A stretch of DNA of 64,000 nt from a virus: positions 37,663-101,662 of the IMG/VR virus record IMGVR_UViG_3300027734_002590, one strand, 5' to 3'. The notes under the pieces were generated by a model. It had not been told where the DNA came from, did not search any database, and worked only from the letters and a program-made list of their open reading frames with translations. A program made the translations under genes and the position numbers. Shown here one piece after another: positions 1 to 10,493 of this stretch (position 1 is its first letter; every line of letters begins with the position of its first letter).

Positions 1-173
1 TGCATCATACCAATATTCAACTTCACCGACTGTTTCGATTTCAACATTGTGGATTAACTCGTCGAGTCGTATTCTAAGATTGTCACGCATATCCTTAATT
101 GTAGATATTTTTGCAAGGAATCTTATTACCTGAATCGACCCATAAATTATAAATCCCCAGATGATAATATCAA

Positions 174-953
174 TCATTTCTTACTCCAATGAAAAGGACA
201 CCGTTTCTTTTTTGGCAACCATGTTTTATTTTTGATCCAATCATGCGCCATTTCGTATAACTTATTTAATTTAACATTCTTTACATAGTTCTTTAATACT
301 ACCATTCCGTACATTGTTTTAAGCAATTCGTCATTCTGGTCGACTCGCTCGAGTTCGACTTTACGATCCTTTGGATCTATAAATCGTATATAAAATATAG
401 GGTCTCCTCTTTTAAATACCAATGGTTGGCTAGGATCTAAGACTTCAAAGGTAAAGTCAACAGGTCGAACCCATCGATGAATATTATAAGTTCCCGGAAT
501 AACACGCAGATTTCGTAATGCCGGAGTATCGTGCATCATCGCAGGAAGTGCTTCTAGTATTACATCTTCATCTGCTACAAAAACTAGTTTAGGTCCAAGA
601 GTTACAATAGGTTTGTTTGGGTTGGCAAAGTCGTTGGGCCTTCGTATAACCCATTCTTTATAAAACTTTTGATCATATCCTGCCCCCTCAAGTGTAACAG
701 TTTTGATATCAGTTTTGACTGTTATTGTAATATCGATAGGACTGCGTATAAGAAAAGTATTTTTAAAGTATCCAGTGATACCCGGACATGGTAATATGTC
801 ACTATTTGGCCTATCAGCCGCAATGCTTTTATATGCAGGCTCGGGCGGTTGTACTGCTAAATGTTGCCATTCTGAAAAGTAACCAAAACTTTCGCTAGGA
901 TTACCCTCATTATGGACAAAAGGAGTCCAACCAACTTTTAATATATCGTTCAT
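174..953 (-). CDS. hypothetical phage protein
   Basis: 259-aa ORF coupled to upstream ORF; no motif recognised. Confidence 0.7.
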   Translation of the reverse strand: MNDILKVGWTPFVHNEGNPSESFGYFSEWQHLAVQPPEPAYKSIAADRPNSDILPCPGITGYFKNTFLIRSPIDITITVKTDIKTVTLEGAGYDQKFYKEWVIRRPNDFANPNKPIVTLGPKLVFVADEDVILEALPAMMHDTPALRNLRVIPGTYNIHRWVRPVDFTFEVLDPSQPLVFKRGDPIFYIRFIDPKDRKVELERVDQNDELLKTMYGMVVLKNYVKNVKLNKLYEMAHDWIKNKTWLPKKKRCPFHWSKK

Positions 954-1786
954 GTCCAGAGGCTTCCGCGGATTTTGATAAGACGAATCATCATTTGTTC
1001 TTCTTCTTTTTCGTAGTCTGCCTCCATCTTACGAAGTTTCTTCATAGCAATATCACTAGCCTTTTTAAGTTCAGGAGTCTTATCTCCGCTAAAACTCAAA
1101 CGGCCACCATTAGCTAAACGACTTGCTTCGCAATAAGCAGTCCATCCACTTGCGTCATATGGATCAGGACGATTACGATAGGTAACAGTCCACCAAGTGT
1201 AAAGCTCGATAATTTCCTTAGCGGCCTTTGCTTGATAAGTTGGCTCACCGAATCCTTTGCTACCTGGTTCGGCACCCATGTCTTCACCTACAGTAAGACC
1301 GCTAGCCCATTTTAAGTATTCCATGCCAGCTTCTGGGCAACGCCAAGTACGCCAACGTAGCCAACCGCTACGATACCAAGGCACGTTGAACTTGGTCTTA
1401 GCTTCATCACTCCAAATACAGTGATGCCATGCTTGTTCTATTTCAACGAAGTCCACAAGTTCGTTAAACATACATGGCAAAAACCTATTACCAACGTCAT
1501 TCCAACTGCCAGGAGCGATATCACGAGGGTGAGCGGTAAGACGATGACTGTGACTAACCCAACGATTATTAATATAGTATCTAATATCATTGAGTTTATC
1601 AGGGATATAATACACAACTTTTTGAGCATAATCTAATCCTTCTTCAGCAATCCACCAACGGATAGGATGTGCGACTTTGGCTTTATCTTCCCAGTCGTTC
1701 CACTCTTCGCTAGTGCCGCACTTGAGCTTAGGTGTGCCACGAAGCCAATCTGCAAACTTACTAATGGTCCAATAATGACTACGCAT
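950..1786 (-). CDS. hypothetical Trp-rich phage protein
   Basis: 278-aa ORF with AAGGA RBS. Confidence 0.75.
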   Translation of the reverse strand: MRSHYWTISKFADWLRGTPKLKCGTSEEWNDWEDKAKVAHPIRWWIAEEGLDYAQKVVYYIPDKLNDIRYYINNRWVSHSHRLTAHPRDIAPGSWNDVGNRFLPCMFNELVDFVEIEQAWHHCIWSDEAKTKFNVPWYRSGWLRWRTWRCPEAGMEYLKWASGLTVGEDMGAEPGSKGFGEPTYQAKAAKEIIELYTWWTVTYRNRPDPYDASGWTAYCEASRLANGGRLSFSGDKTPELKKASDIAMKKLRKMEADYEKEEEQMMIRLIKIRGSLWT

Positions 1787-1799
1787 TTGTATTCCTTAA

Positions 1800-2495
1800 T
1801 TATTTTCTATCACCAAATAACTGCAACAAGTTAATGAACAAGTTGATAAAGTCCATGTACAATGTTAGTGCTCCACGAACTTCTGCGGCGGGCGTAGTAT
1901 CTACACTTAGTTCTTCACGGATCTGTTGCGTATCGTATGCTGTTAATCCTAAGAAGATGATAATTGCTAACGCACTGATAACCATAGCCATGACACTTGA
2001 TCCAATAAAGATATTGACAATGCTAGCAATTACAATAGCAACCAAGCCAATAAACATAAACTGCCCAAGGCTGTCTAGACTACGTTTGGTAAAATAGCCA
2101 TAAAAGCTCATAGTACCAAATAGAATTGCCGCGCCCATAAATGCTGATACAATACTCCCCATAGTGAACACAGCAAAGATTGTGGCAAAGCTCAAGCCCA
2201 TAAGTGCCGCAAATCCGTGCAAACATAACTGTGCTACACCTTTACTAGGATTGTTAGCCAATACTGCAGAAATACCAAATATTGCTAATAGCGGTGAAAA
2301 GATTACAATCCATTTTGTTACGCCTGTAAAAAAGAACTGCAATAATTCTGGGCTAGTACCAACAAAGTAACTAACCAACATTGATACGATGACAGCTAGA
2401 CTCATGTGTCCATATACACGACCCATAGCTGAATTAATTTCTCCGGCGGAACGATAGTTCATTACGCCATTATCCATATAATTAGAACCAAACAT
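1800..2495 (-). CDS. Bax inhibitor-1/YccA family membrane protein
   Basis: About 7 hydrophobic helices; C-terminal TAYDTQ and ALTLYMDFINLF motifs. Confidence 0.9.
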   Translation of the reverse strand: MFGSNYMDNGVMNYRSAGEINSAMGRVYGHMSLAVIVSMLVSYFVGTSPELLQFFFTGVTKWIVIFSPLLAIFGISAVLANNPSKGVAQLCLHGFAALMGLSFATIFAVFTMGSIVSAFMGAAILFGTMSFYGYFTKRSLDSLGQFMFIGLVAIVIASIVNIFIGSSVMAMVISALAIIIFLGLTAYDTQQIREELSVDTTPAAEVRGALTLYMDFINLFINLLQLFGDRK

Positions 2496-2496
2496 T

Positions 2497-2868
2497 TTAT
2501 TCTCCTTTAATAAATGGTTTGAGATCGGGCGATACCCAGCCCACGGGTTTTAACACCTTACCATCTTCACGCTTACGCACCTTACCATCTTCACCAATCT
2601 TGGCAAAGTTCGTACTCATTACTTCTTTCCAAGCACCTTCGGCATCACTGCCCATACTATGAATTGCTCCAATGGTAACAACTAAAATGTCAATAAGAGC
2701 ATCGAGTGTTTCTACTTGGTCGTGTGCTCGAATAGCATCGGCAAGTTCATTAGCTTCTTCTTCAATCAATGTAACATACAAATTAAATTGATCTTCGTCA
2801 AACTTGCCACCGACTGTTTGATCGCAGGCTCGCATAAATTTTTCTTGATCACGAAACGGGTTTGTCAT
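2497..2868 (-). CDS. MazG-like all-alpha NTP pyrophosphohydrolase
   Basis: LIEEEANEL, ETLDALID and KREDGKVLKP motifs. Confidence 0.85.
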   Translation of the reverse strand: MTNPFRDQEKFMRACDQTVGGKFDEDQFNLYVTLIEEEANELADAIRAHDQVETLDALIDILVVTIGAIHSMGSDAEGAWKEVMSTNFAKIGEDGKVRKREDGKVLKPVGWVSPDLKPFIKGE

Positions 2869-3405
2869 TTACTTGTTCCTTATTATCAATAACATTTCTT
2901 TATATAGTCTAAAAGTATTTTCAGCATCATCTAATGCATCATGCTTTTTTCCCTGAAACTTCAAATTATACTTAGTCATTACCTTGCTGAGGCCACCTTG
3001 AACGGGAAGCCCTTTAGCAATACATTCACTAACATAAAGTGTTTTTGCATCAATCCATCTGCGACCAAACGGCCAATCCATTCGATCCTCTACGGGTAGC
3101 TGATCAAAAATTTCCTGACTATCGCCGCCACCCCATGTTAATGGATTCATGAATGTTGAATGTCTTAGATGAAATTCTTTAAGTTGTAGATACGCTTCGG
3201 TTAGTGTTACGCCTTCTTTGTCAATAACTGATTGAGTGATTCCAGTAAGGTCAATAATGAATTGGGATAGCGGTTCTTGGGGATTTACATAAACTTTTAA
3301 GCGGTGAGTGATATCACCAGTATTAGTGTCTCCAACAACTGCGCCAATTTGGATTATTTTACCACTGGGTTGATTTAATTCTAAATCGATACAAGTTAGT
3401 TTCAT
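2869..3405 (-). CDS. DEDDh 3'-5' exonuclease
   Basis: IDLE ExoI motif, LTGIT, HDALDDA ExoIII motif. Confidence 0.9.
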   Translation of the reverse strand: MKLTCIDLELNQPSGKIIQIGAVVGDTNTGDITHRLKVYVNPQEPLSQFIIDLTGITQSVIDKEGVTLTEAYLQLKEFHLRHSTFMNPLTWGGGDSQEIFDQLPVEDRMDWPFGRRWIDAKTLYVSECIAKGLPVQGGLSKVMTKYNLKFQGKKHDALDDAENTFRLYKEMLLIIRNK

Positions 3406-3411
3406 GCTGTT

Positions 3412-3440
3412 AGTATAGCATGTAATTTAGGTTTTGTCAA
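3412..3440 (-). promoter_or_regulatory. sigma70-type promoter, probably giving a leaderless mRNA
   Basis: TTGACA-17 nt-TATACT with extended TG; ATG 6 nt after the -10 box. Confidence 0.75.
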
Positions 3441-3724
3441 GTTATTCTTTCAACAGGATTACCAAATTTTAGATAATATTCTGTAATATGCTTTTCTTGG
3501 AATGTAGCAGTTATCAAATACTTGTGACCCCAATTTATAGGGTCAGCCATCCTATGCCACACTGGAGTTTCTATAGCACGTTCCATAACCCATTGTCCAA
3601 TAGGACTTTGTTGCCAATTATACAATGGTTCGGCCGCATACAAATCGGGGTCCTCGACATCTCCCATAATAAAGCTATGTACAACAATTTCTTTAGTAGT
3701 CACGACCACTTCATTAAGAACCAT
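3437..3724 (-). CDS. hypothetical protein
   Basis: ORF-track ORF trimmed to MVLNEV start with GGAG RBS. Confidence 0.65.
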   Translation of the reverse strand: MVLNEVVVTTKEIVVHSFIMGDVEDPDLYAAEPLYNWQQSPIGQWVMERAIETPVWHRMADPINWGHKYLITATFQEKHITEYYLKFGNPVERIT

Positions 3725-3996
3725 ATACTCCCCGGGCTTTCTAGCTCGATGCCTGTGGGATACGATGTTCTGGAAATCCAATCGCCAATCATTCTCCGAT
3801 CTTGCCAGCCTTGACAGGGGCACCCTTGCTTGGAAATCCATTCCGTGAGATCCGATTGCCATGTTTCTAACCTCTCATAATATCCGTCGTAATGCCTAGG
3901 CCAATATCCATGATCAGCGTAAAAGGCCTGCATTAAGTCGTTAAACACTCTAGTGCCGTGCTCCCCATCATGAAAATTTATACGTATTCTGCCCAT
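3700..3996 (-). CDS. hypothetical protein (small family ending F..LxW)
   Basis: 98 aa, ends WFLMKWS. Confidence 0.6.
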   Translation of the reverse strand: MGRIRINFHDGEHGTRVFNDLMQAFYADHGYWPRHYDGYYERLETWQSDLTEWISKQGCPCQGWQDRRMIGDWISRTSYPTGIELESPGSIWFLMKWS

Positions 3997-4181
3997 CTTA
4001 ATGCAAATATTGTTGCGTCTTGTTTGCGCTTGAACTCAAACGTATAAATGGCAAAACCGATATGATCCATCCACAAGTCCCAATGGTCGAGATCGATATG
4101 GTCACGGCACCATTCGCCTGCTTCGTAGCCAGCCCGTGCTCCTTTGATCTTAATCCTGATCGGGTTCTTGTTCACCGTCAT
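3978..4181 (-). CDS. hypothetical protein (small family ending F..LxW)
   Basis: 67 aa, FEFKRKQDATIFALRW. Confidence 0.7.
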   Translation of the reverse strand: MTVNKNPIRIKIKGARAGYEAGEWCRDHIDLDHWDLWMDHIGFAIYTFEFKRKQDATIFALRWAEYV

Positions 4182-4485
4182 TGTCAGGAGTTTCAGTTAG
4201 TCCAATTCCCGCTCTAGCTAAAAACTTTCTAGCCGCGGCGGGATTTTGTAAAGCTTCACGAATAGATCCTACATGCCCGTCTTTAGTCTGACTAATGTTG
4301 TGCCAAGTTCTAACTTCTAACAGCGGTTCTATCTCTGTTGGAACAGCAACAATGTAATGTTCATCTGCAAAGTTTTCAATCATGCAGGTATGAACTACCT
4401 TGCCTTTGACGCTGACATTAAAACGACTGTCGATACCGTATATCCATACTGTATCGCCGATGCTGTATTGTTTTTTTACTTTCAT
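4150..4485 (-). CDS. hypothetical protein
   Basis: MKVKKQ start overlaps upstream stop (ATGA). Confidence 0.7.
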   Translation of the reverse strand: MKVKKQYSIGDTVWIYGIDSRFNVSVKGKVVHTCMIENFADEHYIVAVPTEIEPLLEVRTWHNISQTKDGHVGSIREALQNPAAARKFLARAGIGLTETPDNDGEQEPDQD

Positions 4486-4850
4486 GCAAACACTAACCAA
4501 GCTAAACAAATATACACAATCTGATGTGACATTTGATCTAATCCTAAATGACTCCAAAAAGCAGGAGTTTGGATATCTCTATTACCGTAATTCATTTTTA
4601 GCCAATCAATATGATAATGAGTGGTAAAATCTAAAAATGCAACAACTGCCGCAAATAATACATACGGCCATCCAGTTATGATTAACACAACTATGAAGGT
4701 GCCTAATCCGTGCTTAATGCTGTGCCAGGCACCCAGTTTATCACCGTAAATGCCTTTACTAGCAACTTCTTCAGTTGTTTGATTAACAAAGTCAATGTAC
4801 CAATGCTTAATTTGAATTAGTACAAGGAACCAAAAAAGACTACTCAGCAT
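4482..4850 (-). CDS. DUF3307-family membrane protein
   Basis: KHWYIDF, HSIKHG, HYHIDWLK and LDQMSH His/Asp motifs. Confidence 0.8.
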   Translation of the reverse strand: MLSSLFWFLVLIQIKHWYIDFVNQTTEEVASKGIYGDKLGAWHSIKHGLGTFIVVLIITGWPYVLFAAVVAFLDFTTHYHIDWLKMNYGNRDIQTPAFWSHLGLDQMSHQIVYICLAWLVFA

Positions 4851-5001
4851 TAACCGTACCCTTGGCTTCAAGCATATCTTTAATAAACTTTAAAGCCTTT
4901 CGGTTAGTGTCGAAAATATATTCTTCGTCAAGGTCTGCGGTACGTAGTAATACGATTACACCGTTTTTAACTTTACGTAACTCAATTGCTTCAAAGTCCA
5001 T
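4840..5001 (-). CDS. small hypothetical protein (53 aa)
   Basis: Hand-translated MDFEAIELRKVKNG...NAE*; fills the gap, GGGGA RBS. Confidence 0.7.
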   Translation of the reverse strand: MDFEAIELRKVKNGVIVLLRTADLDEEYIFDTNRKALKFIKDMLEAKGTVNAE

Positions 5002-5010
5002 GGGATCCCC

Positions 5011-5754
5011 TTATTGTGGAACTGAAAGATTATAATTAAAATGGAAGATACCGATATGAGAAATTTCTTTACTCAATTCGTGATCACACCATACATCGAA
5101 ACCTGCTTCTTTTGCTTTGTTGCAGAAGTAGATATCTTCACCAATTTCAAGATTAATTTCTGGAATGTAATCTTGTAGGTAATGTGGTTGCGGAATTTTT
5201 TCGTAAACAGAACGATGAACCATAACGCAACCATGTGGTAGGACATCTACCTTTTGCATTGCTGGACTGTTGTCTTCTGTTACTAATTCAGTGTACTTGC
5301 CAGCAGTACCCATCATACCAGTAAATCCTGGATTTGGAAAACGGCGTCTACGATAGTTAGCACCGACTAGTGCTACTTGACGCTTGAGCAATTTGATAGG
5401 TGCATCGATTGGAAACTTCATGTCTGAGTCAACCCACCATGCATAATCAAAATCACTCTTAAGGAAGATGTCAGTTAGGTTGCGTCGAGCAATAGTAATA
5501 ACACTACCAATGTTAAATGCACAATTAATTTTAATACCATTAGCAACCATATTAGCCGCGGCCATTGCTAGGTGTTGTGCAAATTCTGCATTAACCATTT
5601 CCATTGCTGGAACAAGGATCATAACACTAGGGTTTTTCTTATCGCCCTGTTGGGCAGGTGCTGAAGATTGTTGTGGCGGACTAGCAGGTTTTGCTTGCTG
5701 TGCAGGTTGTTGCGGAACCTGCGGCTTAACATTAATGTTTAGTTTCTTTTTCAT
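5011..5754 (-). CDS. GT-A-fold glycosyltransferase-like protein
   Basis: ARN-like motif, VDSD DxD motif, GEDIYFC. Confidence 0.75.
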   Translation of the reverse strand: MKKKLNINVKPQVPQQPAQQAKPASPPQQSSAPAQQGDKKNPSVMILVPAMEMVNAEFAQHLAMAAANMVANGIKINCAFNIGSVITIARRNLTDIFLKSDFDYAWWVDSDMKFPIDAPIKLLKRQVALVGANYRRRRFPNPGFTGMMGTAGKYTELVTEDNSPAMQKVDVLPHGCVMVHRSVYEKIPQPHYLQDYIPEINLEIGEDIYFCNKAKEAGFDVWCDHELSKEISHIGIFHFNYNLSVPQ

Positions 5755-5882
5755 TCTTTACCTTTTTTTTTAATGATTGTTGGCTTAGTCTTTTTGACTG
5801 TGATTCACTCCACAGCGCAGGACCTGTACTATCTAATTTATCTGAAAAAATTTCCTCAAGAGGCAAGTGTGAGTGTTGTGTG

Positions 5883-6116
5883 CTAGTTGTCACTACTTAA
5901 TCCCATAAAAATTAATTCACGTTCGTGAACATGAGCAATAGGTTTGAGCCACCCGTGATTAATACATTCAGCAATAAGATTTCGATAATTTTCCGGGCAT
6001 CGTTGAGTAATTTCAAAACCAGCTCGTTGGGCGGTGACAAAATCATCCACAATGGTAAATCGTGGATCACCTGGTTTGATAGTGCGGATCTTACTTTGAT
6101 GTATTTTAATACTCAT
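5883..6116 (-). CDS. hypothetical protein
   Basis: 77-aa ORF directly after a TTGACT-17-TATAAT promoter. Confidence 0.7.
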   Translation of the reverse strand: MSIKIHQSKIRTIKPGDPRFTIVDDFVTAQRAGFEITQRCPENYRNLIAECINHGWLKPIAHVHERELIFMGLSSDN

Positions 6117-6151
6117 GCTAATATTATAGCACCAGTATTATTAAAAGTCAA

Positions 6152-6883
6152 TTATCGATGTATCCAATCTTTACATTGGTACGGTTTTGACACTTGAGTT
6201 CTGCTCAAGTAATAGATGGAACGCTTTTTGATACGTTTAATAATTCGATGATTTTGGTCCCAATTGAACGCTTTTAAGTAAGTACGCCACGTATCGTAAT
6301 TGCGTCTTTTACCTTTTTGATCTTCGTTCAAATAGTTCACAATACATCTCATATCTCCGTGGAACTTTTCGTCAAGCTCACAAGCCATATTAAATGCGTA
6401 TGCGTCAATTTCATCGTTGTCGCCCAAGTACTCTTGCTCGTGACGCTGTTTAGTAGATTCAGCAGTTGAGCTATATCCCGGAAGAGCTTTAAAATTGCGC
6501 TTACGTGCCTGTCTCATATGGATTATTTCATGCAGTAGAACGTCTGCAATACGACTACACAAACGGTTAAACCGTCTGCCGGTATATGTTAATTTGGTAT
6601 CTGCTAGGCTATAAGCAAAACAAAGCTCAATAGCCTTTTGCTTATTCATATCGTATTCTGTATGGTAAACGCCCCCTACCCATACAAATGTTGGATCTAC
6701 CTGTAATTCTTGGCTTTTTCTAACTCTAACAGGCATCCATTTTTTAATATGCTTTGTAATGATATTATGGAAATCACTGATGGTTAAAGTTTTGTTCACA
6801 AGATCATCACGCACCATGTAAACCATGTCTACAATAGTGTTTTTATCCCACTCACTCCAGTTATATGAAGAAACTTTGGACAT
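6152..6883 (-). CDS. putative zinc metallopeptidase-like protein
   Basis: HEIIH HExxH motif plus downstream EIDAYA. Confidence 0.65.
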   Translation of the reverse strand: MSKVSSYNWSEWDKNTIVDMVYMVRDDLVNKTLTISDFHNIITKHIKKWMPVRVRKSQELQVDPTFVWVGGVYHTEYDMNKQKAIELCFAYSLADTKLTYTGRRFNRLCSRIADVLLHEIIHMRQARKRNFKALPGYSSTAESTKQRHEQEYLGDNDEIDAYAFNMACELDEKFHGDMRCIVNYLNEDQKGKRRNYDTWRTYLKAFNWDQNHRIIKRIKKRSIYYLSRTQVSKPYQCKDWIHR

Positions 6884-6945
6884 TGTAGTCTCCGATTGCT
6901 TTGTATTTATTCAGCAATAGAAAAACACATTATATACCTACTTAA

Positions 6946-7104
6946 CTACCAATGTCGGATTACTCCCGCTATAATAAACAAATTGGTAATAATGTAAACT
7001 AGAACTATTGCTGTTCTAATTATAGCAACTAAATCGGCCTCTGTGTTAGTCCTTCCGGACTTCTCTCCAAGAGCTTTTGCCCATAACCGCCACTTCTTGC
7101 CCAT
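6946..7104 (-). CDS. small membrane protein (52 aa)
   Basis: Hand-translated MGKKWRLWAKALGEKSG...IIAGVIRHW*. Confidence 0.7.
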   Translation of the reverse strand: MGKKWRLWAKALGEKSGRTNTEADLVAIIRTAIVLVYIITNLFIIAGVIRHW

Positions 7105-7106
7105 GG

Positions 7107-7535
7107 TTAAACCTGATTTACTTCTACTCCGGATTTTTCCAGAAACGAGACACCGCTAGTATCCCGATAAGAGTTGCGATATAAAACGTGCCCAATACCA
7201 CTTTGGTAGATAAGTTTGGCACAGTCCAAACATGGAGCATGGGTAATAAACATAGTAGCACCCATACCAGATTCGTTAGACTTAGCCAGTTTCGCGATGG
7301 CGTTAGTTTCTGCATGTAATACCTCTGGCTTACTTTTAAGTGTTACAGTATCGTCGCTATGTTGAACAACATCTTCGCAGTTGTTATCCCATCCACTTGG
7401 CATACCGTTATAACCAATTGAAATGATGCGATCGTCTTTTACAACAATCGCACCAACGTGCAGTCTACGGGCATGGCTGAGTTGTGCAAATCTCTCAGCC
7501 GTGTCCATATAAGCTTCAATCAGCTTTTGTTTCAA
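7107..7535 (-). CDS. dCMP deaminase
   Basis: GYNG, HAETNA and PCLDC zinc motifs. Confidence 0.92.
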   Translation of the reverse strand: MKQKLIEAYMDTAERFAQLSHARRLHVGAIVVKDDRIISIGYNGMPSGWDNNCEDVVQHSDDTVTLKSKPEVLHAETNAIAKLAKSNESGMGATMFITHAPCLDCAKLIYQSGIGHVLYRNSYRDTSGVSFLEKSGVEVNQV

Positions 7536-9460
7536 GTTGTTTCCTTGAACTCTGCATCAATGGTAGTACTTTCATCTCGATTTTCATCTCGACCGGGTTT
7601 GGCTCCTCGATCCATACTAGTTTCTTGTTTATTAGCTTCTTGAGCTTCAACCATTTTTTGCATGAATGTTTTATGCCATTCTTTTAGTTCGTCTTGAATT
7701 TTTTCGATTGATGCCTTATTGCTACCTTTGCAAACTTCTTTGGCACGTTCAATTGCTGATCTTGCATCGCCTTCTTCGTCGAGAGCAACACCCTTCTCGC
7801 CTAGTTCTTTGATTTGTTTTTCAATCATACCAGACAATACATCAGTTTCGTTACGTAAGTTGATAAGCTCAATTTGTTTCTTATCTTCTTCTGCATTGGC
7901 TTCAGCATCTTGTACCATTTTCTCGATCTCGTCATCGCTAAGACCTGAGCTAGCTTTGATTGTAATCTTTTTCTCTTTGCCTGTTTTCTTATCCTTAGCA
8001 TTTACGTCAAGGATACCGTTGGCATCAATATCAAAAGAAACTTCAATCTGTGCCATACCTCGTGGTGCAGGATCGATACCTTCTAGATTAAATTCACCTA
8101 GTAATTTATTACCAGAAACTAAATCACGTTCACCCTGGTACACCTTAATAGTTACAGCTGGCTGGTTGTCCTCAGCAGTACTAAACGATTGGCTATGCTT
8201 AGTTGGAATAGTTGTATTCTTCTTAATCATTTTAGTCATTACACCGCCTTGGGTTTCGATACCCAATGATAGTGGAGTAACGTCTAGTAGTAAAACGTCT
8301 GTACGTCCACCACTGAGTACTTGTCCCTGGATAGCGGCCCCAACGGCAACTGCCTCGTCTGGGTTAACATCTTTACGTGGTGCTTTACCAAATAGTTTTT
8401 CAACTTCTTCTTGCACCTTTGGCATGCGAGTCTGTCCGCCAACCAAAATTACTTCGTCAATATCTGAAGGACCAACATTTGCATCTTTCATAGCAGTCAT
8501 GCATGGCTTTAGTGAACGCTGGATTAAATCATCTACTAAATTTTCTAACTTGGCACGAGTCAACTTAACGTTCAAGTGTTTAGGACCAGTTGCATCTGCG
8601 GTGATGTATGGCAGGTTAACATCTGTTTGTGCTGAACTTGAAAGTTCGATCTTAGCCTTTTCGGCGGCTTCTTTTAAACGCTGGAGTGCCAAAACATCTT
8701 TCTTAAGATCAACGCCGTTGTCTTTCTTAAATTCATCGACTAGGTAATCCATAATGCGTTGGTCAAAGTCTTCACCACCTAAAAACGTATCGCCATTGGT
8801 GCTGAGAACTTCAATTTGTTTATCACCGTCGACTGAAGCAATTTCAATGATAGACACATCAAAAGTACCACCACCAAGGTCATACACAGCAATCTTACGA
8901 TCTCTTTTATCATTTTTATCTACTCCATAAGCTAACGCGGCCGCAGTTGGCTCGTTAATAATACGTAGTACTTCTAGGCCTGCAATCTTGCCAGCATCTT
9001 TAGTTGCTTGACGCTGACTATCATTAAAGTAAGCTGGTACAGTAATAACTGCCTGTGTTACTTCTTCGCCAAGATAGTCTTCAGCGGTCTTTTTCATCTT
9101 GCGCAGAATTTCAGCTGAAATTTGCGGTGGTGCTAATTTTTGTCCATTAGCCTCAACCCAAGCATCACCGTTCTCTGCTTGAATGATTGTGTAGGGCATC
9201 AGGTCAATATCTTTTTGAACTTCTTTTTCACTGAACTTGCGACCAATAAGGCGCTTAACAGCATAAAGAGTATTTTTCGGATTTGTTACTGCTTGACGTT
9301 TGGCTGTTGCGCCAACTAACACTTCATCGTTAGTGTAAGCAATAATTGAGGGGGTTGTTCTTGCGCCTTCGCTATTTTCTAAAACTTTAGAATTTGCACC
9401 ATCAATAATGGCTACACAAGAGTTGGTTGTACCTAAATCGATACCTATAATTTTTGACAT
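7532..9460 (-). CDS. dnaK: Hsp70 chaperone DnaK
   Basis: [25 protein letters not shown]; full length. Confidence 0.98.
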   Translation of the reverse strand: MSKIIGIDLGTTNSCVAIIDGANSKVLENSEGARTTPSIIAYTNDEVLVGATAKRQAVTNPKNTLYAVKRLIGRKFSEKEVQKDIDLMPYTIIQAENGDAWVEANGQKLAPPQISAEILRKMKKTAEDYLGEEVTQAVITVPAYFNDSQRQATKDAGKIAGLEVLRIINEPTAAALAYGVDKNDKRDRKIAVYDLGGGTFDVSIIEIASVDGDKQIEVLSTNGDTFLGGEDFDQRIMDYLVDEFKKDNGVDLKKDVLALQRLKEAAEKAKIELSSSAQTDVNLPYITADATGPKHLNVKLTRAKLENLVDDLIQRSLKPCMTAMKDANVGPSDIDEVILVGGQTRMPKVQEEVEKLFGKAPRKDVNPDEAVAVGAAIQGQVLSGGRTDVLLLDVTPLSLGIETQGGVMTKMIKKNTTIPTKHSQSFSTAEDNQPAVTIKVYQGERDLVSGNKLLGEFNLEGIDPAPRGMAQIEVSFDIDANGILDVNAKDKKTGKEKKITIKASSGLSDDEIEKMVQDAEANAEEDKKQIELINLRNETDVLSGMIEKQIKELGEKGVALDEEGDARSAIERAKEVCKGSNKASIEKIQDELKEWHKTFMQKMVEAQEANKQETSMDRGAKPGRDENRDESTTIDAEFKETT

Positions 9461-9462
9461 AT

Positions 9463-9483
9463 TTTTCTCCTTTAATAAGCAAG
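9463..9483 (-). promoter_or_regulatory. ROSE-like RNA thermometer over the dnaK RBS
   Basis: CTTGCTTATTAAAGGAGAAAA, identical to the hsp20 leader; UUGCU faces the SD. Confidence 0.6.
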
Positions 9484-9570
9484 TCTATCAACGACCCTTA
9501 CGGCGCCATCGATAATATATTTATATTATACAATCTTGCAGTTTTTAATACAAGTATGTATCATATTTTT

Positions 9571-9645
9571 TGGCGGGCCCTGCAGGAATTGAACCCACAT
9601 CGCATGGTTCGAAGCCACGTATTCTATCCATTGAACTAAGGGCCC
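9571..9645 (-). tRNA. tRNA-Arg(TCG)
   Basis: Cloverleaf GGGCCCT...CT-TCG-AA...GGGCCCGCCA. Confidence 0.9.
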
Positions 9646-10493
9646 GTATAACCGTAAACAGTTATCATTTTTTGCAATTCCCAAATGTCGACATCTGGGT
9701 GAGCTAGCGGAATTCTCCATCGGCATTGATCCCAACATGCATCGGTCCAGCCGTGACTAACTTTGTTGGCCTGTATCATAAATTCTCGCAAACGATCGAG
9801 TTCTCCCCAGGCCCAAAGGTGGTATGGAAATGTGTACATGTTTCGATGATACACACTAAACTCGTTATCTATACTATCCAACCAACGAAGTGTTTCTTCT
9901 TTACTAAGGTATTCGGGGATCATACTATGACCGTGGAATCCAAAACTAGGATGTTTTTTAACTGGTTCAGTTACTGAAAATTGTGCCGCAAGATCCACGG
10001 GCGGGTACTTAATGCCTTGACTTTCTAAATACGCACGACTACTGAGACTAATAACTTGATCTTCCAACATACCTATATCGCCGTCATCGACTTGCGGGCA
10101 GTTAGGAGTAAGGTCTAGTAGTTTTTTACTGCGCAAACTAAATCCGCCATTACCGATAGTCCACACATCATTTTTAAGCCAAGGCGCACCTATATAATCA
10201 TATTGTAAAAATTCATCTGTCCAGTATTCAGAATTAACTGGAAAGCCGTCGTACTGAACAAATAGAGCCCAACTGGTTGTAACATATTTGCCAACTTCTT
10301 GTAAACAGATGCGGGAATGTTCTATTCCATTAAATTTGTTTACCTTTACAAATGTATCACACGGATAAAAATCTTGATCGCTAAAGATTAGAATTTTGGC
10401 TTCGGGGAATATTTTTTTAGTGTAATCTAAGGCTATAGATGTTGCATTGTAGTTAAGACTATCTATTGCAACAATCGTTAAATCTTTTAACAT
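9636..10493 (-). CDS. DUF5672-like glycosyltransferase-associated protein
   Basis: QYDGF, YDYIGAPW, GNGGFSLRS and FGFHG motifs. Confidence 0.8.
   Translation of the reverse strand: MLKDLTIVAIDSLNYNATSIALDYTKKIFPEAKILIFSDQDFYPCDTFVKVNKFNGIEHSRICLQEVGKYVTTSWALFVQYDGFPVNSEYWTDEFLQYDYIGAPWLKNDVWTIGNGGFSLRSKKLLDLTPNCPQVDDGDIGMLEDQVISLSSRAYLESQGIKYPPVDLAAQFSVTEPVKKHPSFGFHGHSMIPEYLSKEETLRWLDSIDNEFSVYHRNMYTFPYHLWAWGELDRLREFMIQANKVSHGWTDACWDQCRWRIPLAHPDVDIWELQKMITVYGYTGP

Noticed and set aside
7719-8747. 342-aa plus-strand ORF
   Set aside because: In-register antisense shadow of dnaK, a common feature of hsp70 genes; no RBS or motif
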